DNA from: a virus
Taxonomy: Duplodnaviria > Heunggongvirae > Uroviricota > Caudoviricetes
Reading direction: 5' to 3' (one strand)
Virus record (IMG/VR): IMGVR_UViG_2734482572_000001
DNA: 20,543 nt
Positions 9,919 through 20,435 of this stretch are shown here, in pieces; position 1 is the first letter of the stretch, and each line of letters begins with the position of its first letter. A program made the translations under genes and the position numbers. The notes under the pieces were generated by a model. The model did no database searches, was not told the origin of the DNA, and saw only the letters and a program-made list of their open reading frames with translations.

Positions 9919-10944
9919 TTACGCCAGTTGTACGGACACGAACGCATCAGGATCAGCCAGCAGCATCAGCGGTGCTGACTGAATCATGGTGAACTCACGC
10001 GCCGGATCGCCGGTGGTCACCCAGTTTTTCGGGTAGCGGGCAGAGGCGTTAATACCTTCGCGCTGTGCGTCCGCATCCTGAATGCAGCCATAGGTGCGCA
10101 GACCGCGTGCCTGAGTGTTCCCCAGCACCATCGTGTTGTCCGGCAGGAAGTTCTTTTTGACGTCGTTTTCCACGTACTGTCCGGAATACACGACGATCGC
10201 CGTATCGCCATACATCCCCTTATAGGACACCGCTTCGCCCAGGTCTTTTACCGCTGTCTCCAGCTCGGAATTAGAGCCGCGACGGGTATCCAGCTTCTCC
10301 TTGACGGCTTTGAAGGAACGGAACAGCGCCCAGCCTTTCGGATCAAACACGATGATATTCACCACGCCGCTGGCGTTCAGCGCATAGGCTTCGATATCGT
10401 CGGTCGGGTCATACGTGGACTTGTCACGCTTGCTCCACTCCGTACCACCGGACTGTGTGATGTTGTTCGCCGCACTGCGGCCCATATCCACCTCAACCGG
10501 ATCGAAGGCTTCACCGGTCATGGTGTATTTGCCCTTAAGCACAGCAGAAACTGCCTGCATCTCTTCGACCTGAGCAATGGCCAGCTCTTCGTCTCGCATG
10601 TTCTGCATGATGATGCGACGGCGGCGGTAAGCCGGGTCCGCCAGATTCTGCGGATCTTCATCCGGCAGGCGACGCAGGGTCATCTGCGGATTCACCTCAT
10701 GCTTGGGTTTGACATATCCCGGCGTAAATTCAGAGGTGGAGCCGCCACGGGAACGGATAACCTCACCGGAAACAATCGGCGAAACGTACAGCGCCATGTT
10801 TACCAGTCCCGGAATTTGTGAGAGATAGACTTTCTCCGTGGTGAAGGGATAGCTCTCACGGAAAAAGAGACGCAGAAACAGCGGATCAAACTTAAATTTC
10901 TGCTCATTTGCCGCCAGCAGCTGGGCGGTTGTGTACATCGACAT
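9919..10944 (-). CDS. E: Major capsid protein E
   Basis: 341-aa protein from MSMYTTAQLLAANEQKFKF matching lambda gpE; start at ATG 10944 rather than the ORF-track ATG at 10971. Confidence 0.95.
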   Translation of the reverse strand: MSMYTTAQLLAANEQKFKFDPLFLRLFFRESYPFTTEKVYLSQIPGLVNMALYVSPIVSGEVIRSRGGSTSEFTPGYVKPKHEVNPQMTLRRLPDEDPQNLADPAYRRRRIIMQNMRDEELAIAQVEEMQAVSAVLKGKYTMTGEAFDPVEVDMGRSAANNITQSGGTEWSKRDKSTYDPTDDIEAYALNASGVVNIIVFDPKGWALFRSFKAVKEKLDTRRGSNSELETAVKDLGEAVSYKGMYGDTAIVVYSGQYVENDVKKNFLPDNTMVLGNTQARGLRTYGCIQDADAQREGINASARYPKNWVTTGDPAREFTMIQSAPLMLLADPDAFVSVQLA

Positions 10945-10964
10945 AAAAAAATCCCGTAAAAAAA

Positions 10965-10978
10965 GCCGCACAGGCGGC
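10965..10978 (-). terminator. Terminator-like hairpin in the D-E intergenic region
   Basis: Minus-strand transcript GCCGC-CUGU-GCGGC followed by UUUUUUU, between the D stop (11000) and E start (10944). Confidence 0.35.
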
Positions 10979-10999
10979 CTTTAGTGATGAAGGGTAAGG

Positions 11000-11332
11000 T
11001 TAAACGATGCTGATTGCCGTTCCGGCAAACGCGGTCCGTTTTTTCGTCTCGTCGCTGGCAGCCTCCGGCCAGAGCACATCCTCATAACGGAACGTGCCGG
11101 ACTTGTAGAACGTCAGCGTGGTGCTGGTCTGGTCAGCATCAACCGCCAGAATGCCAACGGCAGTACCGTCGGTGGTGCCATCCCACGCAACCAGCTTACG
11201 GGTGGAGGTGTCCAGCATCAGCGGGGTCATTGCAGGCGCTTTCGCACTCAATCCGCCGGGCGCGGTTGCCGTATGTGCCGGGTCACTGTTGCCCAGCGGC
11301 TGGTAATGGGTAAAGGTTTCTTTGCTCGTCAT
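11000..11332 (-). CDS. D: Capsid decoration protein D
   Basis: 110-aa protein from [12 protein letters not shown] matching lambda gpD. Confidence 0.93.
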   Translation of the reverse strand: MTSKETFTHYQPLGNSDPAHTATAPGGLSAKAPAMTPLMLDTSTRKLVAWDGTTDGTAVGILAVDADQTSTTLTFYKSGTFRYEDVLWPEAASDETKKRTAFAGTAISIV

Positions 11333-11341
11333 AAACATCCC

Positions 11342-11737
11342 TTACACTGGTGTGTTCAGCAAATCGTTAACGGCATCAGATGCCGGGTTACCTGCAGCCA
11401 GTGGTGCCGGTGCCCCCTGCATCAGACGATCCAGCGCAGTGTCACTGCGCGCCTGTGCACTCTGTGGTGCAGCTGCCAGAATGCGGCGGGCCGTTTCCAC
11501 GGTCATACCGGGGGTTTCGGCCAGCACACGTGCCTGTTCTTCGCGTCCGTGAGCTTCCTCACAGTTGAGGATCCCCATAATGCGGCTGTTTTCTGCCGCA
11601 ACCGCAGCGGTGATCTGCGCGTTCACGTCCGGCTGCGCCGCGCTGGCGTTTTCGCCCTCCGTCGCTTGCACCACGTCAGTAACGTCAGCCTGCGAAGCAG
11701 TGGCTGAAACAGTTGTTGATTGAGTCTCTTTGGTCAT
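11342..11737 (-). CDS. Nu3: Scaffolding protein Nu3, nested in-frame in the 3' end of C
   Basis: Internal ATG at 11737 preceded by AGGAGG; 131 aa from MTKETQSTTVSATASQ to the C stop, as in lambda. Confidence 0.85.
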   Translation of the reverse strand: MTKETQSTTVSATASQADVTDVVQATEGENASAAQPDVNAQITAAVAAENSRIMGILNCEEAHGREEQARVLAETPGMTVETARRILAAAPQSAQARSDTALDRLMQGAPAPLAAGNPASDAVNDLLNTPV

Positions 11738-12641
11738 TCGCCCTCCTGAGAGACGGGATTTACGTGCATCCAGTGCATCACGCATAACGGTGATCGCATC
11801 GGTGCTGTTGACAAGTTCATCAGCCAGTCCGGCATCAATGGCCTCCTGACCGCTGTACACTGCAGCCTCGGTATCCAGCACAGCCTGCACGGACAGGCCG
11901 GTATATGCCGACACCTTCTGCGCAAACATCCGGCGGGTTGCATCCATCCGGGACTGCAGTGTCTCCCGGACATCACCCGGTAGATGGCTGTAGGGGTTGC
12001 CATCCACCTTATGGCTGCCGCTGTAAATCAGCGTGATTTCCACGCCCTGTTTCTCCAGCGCAGCGCCGTAATTACTGTGAGCCATCATGACGCCGATGGA
12101 GCCTGTCCGGGCGGTCTGCGTGACCAGACACCGGGAGGCGGCGCTGGCAAGCAGCTGACCTGCACTGCAGTTCATGTCGTTGGCCAGCGCCCATACCGGC
12201 TTTATGTCACGCACACGGGCGATGATGTCAGCACAGTCAAATGCTCCCGCCACCATCCCGCCCGGTGTGTCCATATCGAGCAGAATGCCGTCCACCATCG
12301 GATCGCTGGCAGCCTGTTGCAGACGAGCGATAATGCCGTTGTAACCGGTCATTCCCGAATACGGCTGCAGCGCCCGCGTCCGGCTGACCAGCGTACCGGA
12401 CACCGGCAGCACGGCGATGCCGTTCATGACCTGATAACTGCGGGCCTGTCGTGGTCCGTCATCATCACCGGATAACGCCAGCGCCGCGGGTGCCTCTCCG
12501 GCAGTCAGGCTGTCGCCGGATACTGCATCCGTCAGGCGACTGATCCCAAGCTGGCCTGCAAGCGCACAAAAGAAAACCCGCGCATAGGCGGGTTCAAGCA
12601 TCAGCGGCTCATTAAAGGCCATACTGGCAATATGCGGGAGA

Positions 12642-12661
<20 letters not shown>
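11342..12661 (-). CDS. C: Head maturation protease / scaffold C (ClpP/S49-like)
   Basis: 439 codons matching lambda gpC from (V)TAELRNLPHIASMAFNEPLMLEP; GTG start at 12661 preceded by GGAGGAG; the ORF-track extension to 12775 has no lambda counterpart and overlaps B. Confidence 0.88.
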
Positions 12662-16342
<3,681 letters not shown>

Positions 16343-16368
<26 letters not shown>

Positions 16369-16888
16369 TCAGCAACCCCGGTATCAGTTCATCCAGCGCG
16401 GCTGCTTTGTTCATGGCTTTGATGATATCCCGTTTCAGGAAATCAATATGCCGGTTATCCAGCTCAGGAAAACGTCGCTGCACCGACAGAGGAATACCGT
16501 CGAGAATACTGGATATTTCCCTTGCTATACGCGACAGCACGAAAGTACAGAATGCGGTTTCCACCACTTCAGCCGATTCTTTGGCATTTTTCAGTTCCTG
16601 CGCCGTCGCCTGAGCACGAGTCAGGCGATGGCGCTCAAATTCAAGTGTTCCTGGGTGAAGATCTGCCTCGCTGGCCAGCCGCAGTTCTTCAACCTCCCGG
16701 CGCAGCTTTTCGTTCTCAATTTCAGCATCCCTTTCGGCATACCATTTTATGACGGCGGCAGAGTCATAAAGCACCTCATTACCCTTGCCACCGCCTCGCA
16801 GAACGGGCATTCCCTGTTCCTGCCAGTTCTGAATGGTACGGATACTCGCACCGAAAATATCAGCCAGCTGCTTTTTGTTGACTTCCAT
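16343..16888 (-). CDS. nu1: Terminase small subunit Nu1
   Basis: 181-aa ORF near-identical to lambda gpNu1 (MEVNKKQLADIFGASIRTIQNWQEQGMPVLRGGGKGNEVLYD...). Confidence 0.96.
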
Positions 16889-17110
16889 TGTTCATTCCAC
16901 GGACAAAAACAGAGAAAGGAAACGACAGAGGCCAAAAAGCCCGTTTTCAGCATCTGTCGTTTCCTTTCTTTTCAGGGGGTGTTTTAAATAAAAACATGAA
17001 GTTACGGCGAAGAAGAACGGAAACGCCTTAAACCGGAAAATTTTCATAAATAGCGAAAACCCGCGCGCCTTCCGCCCCGTAACAGGCCGGATCGCCGGAA
17101 AGGACCCGCA
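16889..17110 (-). other. cos site: cosB (about 16889-17065), cosN (about 17066-17077) and cosQ side (about 17078-17110)
   Basis: Reverse complement of 16990-17065 matches the lambda left end after cosN (CGCGGGTTTTCGCTATTTATGAAAATTTTCCGGTT...); reverse complement of 17078-17116 matches the lambda right end (CATCTTTGCGGGTCCTTTCCGGCGATCCGnnnnGTTACG). The 12-nt cohesive-end position reads GGGCGGAAGGCG versus lambda GGGCGGCGACCT. Boundaries are by alignment from memory. Confidence 0.75.
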
Positions 17111-17147
17111 AAGATGAGAATAATTATCACTTGCATTAATATCCGGC

Positions 17148-17319
17148 TTCTTCCACCATCGCACCGGACGGGCGACTATGAGGGACAAAACCGCGCACCA
17201 TAAACGCGGTAAAAACCCGGTGTGCATCGTTTTTGATTATTCCCGCACACTCGCGCAGAAGGAGTTCCCCGTCGGGCTACGGTCATGGTTAATGCGGGAA
17301 TACAGCGACGATACAGCGC
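17148..17319. repeat. Direct repeat copy A, about 172 bp, roughly 93 percent identical to copy B
   Basis: Hand alignment of 17148-17319 against 18933-19103 gives about 10 mismatches and one 1-nt indel; shared core cggtaaaaacccggtgtgcatcgtttttgattat...gttccccgtcgggctacggtcatggttaatgcgg. Confidence 0.85.
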
Positions 17320-17435
17320 ATGATGTGTCAGGCTTGAATACATTTATCCGTTAAAAGGGATATCAGTTAAGTTATCCCGTGTAGGGTATAAGCCATTATC
17401 AAAGCCACTCAGTAGCGAATGGCTTTTGTAATGGA

Positions 17436-17885
17436 CTATTTAATTAGTGATGCTGCGTATTCGATTAGATATAACTTAGGTGCCAACCAGATTTTTAACC
17501 ATGTCATATTGGTTACTACAGCAATAATAAAACTTACCCACAGAACAAAAACTGCTGCTAATGGTAAGATAAGAAAACTAATCTCACCGTTACTTTCCCA
17601 AATCATAGTCGGTTTGTATTTAGGCTTCCCTTCTTCCCATGACCATCCTTCATTATCGAACTTACCAATTTCAACTTTTTGGTACTGTTTCTTCATAAAC
17701 CAAATAACCAGCGGAATTGTTGAAATTGCTATTAATGTTTTAATCAGGCTATCAACCATATTCCATACCAGCAACTGATGAACAACATCCGGAATCTGTG
17801 CCTGACTGAATGCAATGGCGGAATCAATTCCATCGCTGGCCTTCTTCAATAAATCAACAAGAATTTTATTTGCTTCTTCTTGCAT
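17436..17885 (-). CDS. Hypothetical membrane protein, 149 aa, 2-3 predicted transmembrane helices; second gene of the cargo cassette
   Basis: ATG at 17885 with AGGA 8 nt upstream; hydrophobic stretches TLIAISTIPLVIWFM and ISFLILPLAAVFVLWVSFIIAVV; sampled lines are about 33 percent GC versus about 57 percent in the lambda genes; no family recognised. Confidence 0.6.
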   Translation of the reverse strand: MQEEANKILVDLLKKASDGIDSAIAFSQAQIPDVVHQLLVWNMVDSLIKTLIAISTIPLVIWFMKKQYQKVEIGKFDNEGWSWEEGKPKYKPTMIWESNGEISFLILPLAAVFVLWVSFIIAVVTNMTWLKIWLAPKLYLIEYAASLIK

Positions 17886-18009
17886 GTTTATATCCTGTAA
17901 GTTGTAAGCCTGTTCGAAAAAAAATAAACAACTACGAGAGACAGAAAAAATATCTCAGGCTCTCTTTCTATAAGCTTTTAGTTGAGGATGTTCTGCAAAA
18001 CAAAACTGG

Positions 18010-18870
18010 TTAGTTATGTAACTGCTTCCGGAATACAACAGCCGACGTGCTACAACGTAAAATTCGCTTGATTGTGGCAGTTGAGGAAACAGACTTGCAT
18101 TTCTCAACATCATCAATAATGACCACATCCGGTACAGGAATGACGCGGGTATGCAATGTTTTTGCACTAATAACATCACAGCCATTCAGTGGTCGAATAT
18201 CTGCATCTTCAGGCACTACCAGAAGCACACGTTTTTCCGGTGCAGAAAAGCCAGCAGCAAGAGTGCGTGACAATAAAGTCATTCCGCTGCATGGCTTCAT
18301 ACAAATTTCAGAAATATGATTCTTTTCGTCCAAATGATGCTGGACATCATTTTTATCATCACTCAACAACTCTGCTGTTAATACAATCCCTGCTGTCTCA
18401 GATTTCCAGGAAATGCTGATATCCTGATCATCTGCATCAACATCATATTCCATCGAGTAAGGACTAAAGCTACGTCCAACGAACGCATCATTTACCAGTA
18501 CACGCCCACCCTGTCTGACCTGAAAGTCAACGCGCCCTGAAAGCTGATTTGCTGTTACAAGCAATGCCTTTTTTCTTTTTGTTTTATTGCTCATTGCCAC
18601 CAACTGTTCAGCCATCTCTCTTGTCACACTACCAGAAACTCTTTCTTGAATTTTCACAGAAAATTTTCTGGATGTAGTAGCATCGACATTAAAAAATCTG
18701 GATGTCATCAGGCAGTTATTAACAATTGGCATCAGCTCACTTACGATTGTAAAAAATTCCCGGTAAAGCTCATTTTGCTTTTCAACACACAGCTTTCCAC
18801 AATCGTCCAGCTTACGCTCAAGAGCACTTAACCTTTCCATTATTGAATTAATTTTTTGCAACTCTTTCAT
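18010..18870 (-). CDS. Hypothetical soluble protein, 286 aa; first gene of the cargo cassette
   Basis: ATG at 18870 with AGGAGG 5 nt upstream; starts MKELQKINSIMERLSALERKLDD (helical, coiled-coil-like), two C-x3-C pairs (CGKLC, CMKPC), C-terminal VLLVVPEDADIRPLNG...VVIIDDVEK segment. The ORF-track start at 19131 adds 87 codons through repeat B and is not supported. No family recognised. Confidence 0.65.
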   Translation of the reverse strand: MKELQKINSIMERLSALERKLDDCGKLCVEKQNELYREFFTIVSELMPIVNNCLMTSRFFNVDATTSRKFSVKIQERVSGSVTREMAEQLVAMSNKTKRKKALLVTANQLSGRVDFQVRQGGRVLVNDAFVGRSFSPYSMEYDVDADDQDISISWKSETAGIVLTAELLSDDKNDVQHHLDEKNHISEICMKPCSGMTLLSRTLAAGFSAPEKRVLLVVPEDADIRPLNGCDVISAKTLHTRVIPVPDVVIIDDVEKCKSVSSTATIKRILRCSTSAVVFRKQLHN

Positions 18871-18893
18871 CAAAACCTCCTGACAAAGATACC

Positions 18894-18911
18894 GTGCGAC
18901 CACGGTCGCAC
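18894..18911. promoter_or_regulatory. 18-bp palindrome GTGCGACC-AC-GGTCGCAC, candidate operator 24-41 nt upstream of the 286-aa gene start
   Basis: Perfect 8-bp inverted arms with a 2-nt spacer between repeat B and the cassette RBS; a second copy lies at 19114-19131. Confidence 0.4.
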
Positions 18912-18932
18912 GCTCCTGAATACATGCCCTGT

Positions 18933-19103
18933 TTCTTCCACCCTCGCACAGGACTGGCGAGCATGAGGGACAAACCCGCGAATCATTAGCGCGGTAAAAA
19001 CCCGGTGTGCATCGTTTTTGATTATTTCCGCACACTCGCGCAGAGGAGTTCCCCGTCGGGCTACGGTCATGGTTAATGCGGAAATACGGCGACGATGCAG
19101 CGC
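18933..19103. repeat. Direct repeat copy B, about 171 bp, paired with copy A
   Basis: Same alignment as copy A; lies between the DUF4406-like gene and the cassette. Confidence 0.85.
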
Positions 19104-19113
19104 GGTATTTAAT

Positions 19114-19131
19114 GTGCGACCACGGTCGCAA
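19114..19131. promoter_or_regulatory. Second copy of the palindrome (GTGCGACCACGGTCGCAa), about 20 nt downstream of the DUF4406-like stop codon
   Basis: 7-bp perfect arms tgcgacc/ggtcgca; same motif as 18894-18911, placed on the opposite flank of repeat B. Confidence 0.4.
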
Positions 19132-19150
19132 ACGAGAAACAAAGAGATTT

Positions 19151-19462
19151 TTATGCTACAGAGGAACAAGCTGGCGGGTAATTCAGCGTAGTGAATACCG
19201 GCATCTCCATCTTGTATGCGTAATGATACTCAGCAGTTGCTCCAGCAGACGCTTTCCAGCCAGGAAGCATCAAAATAGCATCAGCACAACGAAGCATTGC
19301 AAAGCAAATATCCATGTATTCACGTTGTGTCAGACCATTAGGCAAAGTGGCTGGATTCAAGACAGAGTGACCATGTCGTGACAAACGATCTGCCTCTTTA
19401 TTAAAGGCGTCACGATTAAAGTTCTCATATCCCGTCATTGGCCCGGCAATATAAATTTTCAT
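19151..19462 (-). CDS. Small DUF4406-like protein (nucleoside 2-deoxyribosyltransferase-like fold), 103 aa
   Basis: ATG at 19462, TAA at 19151-19153; N-terminal MKIYIAGPMTG followed by LNPATL and a C-terminal acidic/aromatic segment, a pattern I recall for DUF4406 proteins; assignment is from recall, not a profile search. Confidence 0.55.
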   Translation of the reverse strand: MKIYIAGPMTGYENFNRDAFNKEADRLSRHGHSVLNPATLPNGLTQREYMDICFAMLRCADAILMLPGWKASAGATAEYHYAYKMEMPVFTTLNYPPACSSVA

Positions 19463-19503
19463 TCACTATCCAACAAATTGAGCTCGTTTTTGATACAGAG
19501 GTA

Positions 19504-19941
19504 TTAATTCAGGCATTGCGTCTTGATGTATTCCTGCAAGTAGTTAACCTGCGCAGTTATCCTGTCGATCCCACTTCGGAGACGGTAATAATTGAGTTCA
19601 GCATCTGCTGTAAGTCTTGGGCTTTCTCCATTGCCCATGCCGCTGGCTCCGGTCGTTGACTTTGCACAGGTGGCGGCGACTTGCAGGCGCTTACGCCCAG
19701 CAGAAACATCAGCACGGAGGCTTTCGATAGTCGCGTTAGCATCAGCAAGCTCCTTTGTATATCTGGCATCGAGTTCCGCTACGTCACGTTGACGCTTCTG
19801 CATATCAGCGATTGTGGATGTGGCTTTATCGCGCTGCTCTTTGTAGGCGATGGCGTTATCACGGTAATGATTAACAGCCCACGACAGGCAGACGATGATG
19901 CAAATAACCAGAGCGGAGATAATCGCGGTTACCCTGCTCAT
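19504..19941 (-). CDS. Rz: Spanin inner-membrane subunit Rz (i-spanin)
   Basis: ATG at 19941 overlaps the R stop (ATGA); N-terminal TM helix [23 protein letters not shown] then coiled-coil periplasmic domain; resembles phage 21/DLP12 Rz. The ORF-track start at 19953 is a GTG four codons upstream. Confidence 0.88.
   Translation of the reverse strand: MSRVTAIISALVICIIVCLSWAVNHYRDNAIAYKEQRDKATSTIADMQKRQRDVAELDARYTKELADANATIESLRADVSAGRKRLQVAATCAKSTTGASGMGNGESPRLTADAELNYYRLRSGIDRITAQVNYLQEYIKTQCLN
19557..19742 (-). CDS. Rz1: Spanin outer-membrane lipoprotein subunit Rz1 (o-spanin), embedded in the +1 frame of Rz
   Basis: [20 protein letters not shown] lipoprotein signal with lipobox VSAC followed by proline-rich [13 protein letters not shown]; entirely inside Rz. 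Start could instead be the upstream ATG at 19769. Confidence 0.7.
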   Translation of the reverse strand: MLTRLSKASVLMFLLGVSACKSPPPVQSQRPEPAAWAMEKAQDLQQMLNSIITVSEVGSTG

Positions 19942-20435
19942 TGTTGACCCCACAAACAGACTTCACGCTCAATCTCACGACGAGTCATCAGGCCTTTCCA
20001 TTGCTTACCGCCAGCAGATATCCAGCGACGTAGCTGATCACATGCGCCTTTGATATCGCCCTGGTTTATTTTGCGAAGAAGCGTCGATGTTCTGAAATTA
20101 CCAGCACCCACGTTGTAAACGAACGAGTAAAGAGCGCCGCGCGTTGTTTCCGGTATATCGACTTTGATGTACGGGTTAATTTGTCTGGCGACAGTGGCAA
20201 GGTCTTTATTCAGGAGAGCTTTGCATTCTGCTTCGGTATACGTTTTACCAGGCATGATGTCTTTTCCGGTGTGTCCGTGACATACAGTCCATACACCAAT
20301 GATATCTTTGTATAGTATGTAGCTGACACCTTCCAGACCATCGTTACCACCTGGGCCAGTGATTAACACAGATGCTATAGCAACAGCCCCGCCACCAATA
20401 GCAACTGCAACAGCCTTGCGTAATGATGGCGACAT
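19938..20435 (-). CDS. R: SAR endolysin (lysozyme R of the phage 21 / DLP12 RrrD type), 165 aa
   Basis: N-terminal signal-anchor-release segment [23 protein letters not shown] followed by a lysozyme domain; near-identical from recall to R21/RrrD; GAGAGGTG RBS upstream of ATG 20435. Confidence 0.92.
   Translation of the reverse strand: MSPSLRKAVAVAIGGGAVAIASVLITGPGGNDGLEGVSYILYKDIIGVWTVCHGHTGKDIMPGKTYTEAECKALLNKDLATVARQINPYIKVDIPETTRGALYSFVYNVGAGNFRTSTLLRKINQGDIKGACDQLRRWISAGGKQWKGLMTRREIEREVCLWGQQ

Noticed and set aside
16892-17227. 111-aa minus-strand ORF spanning the cos region
   Set aside because: It runs straight through cosB, cosN and cosQ, which align to lambda non-coding DNA; the predicted peptide is low-complexity and has no RBS context.
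17256-17318. Short plus-strand ORF inside repeat A downstream of an AAGGAG motif
   Set aside because: The spacer between AAGGAG and the ATG is about 20 nt, the ORF is 12 codons, and the equivalent ORF in repeat B differs in length and sequence.
17436-18870. Cassette as a RexA/RexB homologue
   Set aside because: Gene sizes and soluble-plus-membrane architecture are similar (RexA 279 aa, RexB 144 aa) but the sequences show no resemblance to RexA or RexB as I recall them; the analogy is kept only as a functional hypothesis.
17148-19103. Possibility that the two 172-bp repeats are a CRISPR array or IS-element inverted ends
   Set aside because: Only two copies, in direct orientation, far longer than CRISPR repeats, separated by 1.6 kb of coding DNA, and no transposase gene lies between or beside them.
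18871-19131. N-terminal 87-codon extension of the 286-aa cassette gene (ORF-track start at 19131)
   Set aside because: The extension reads through repeat B and both palindromes, is GC-rich unlike the rest of the gene, and the internal ATG at 18870 has a strong AGGAGG RBS.
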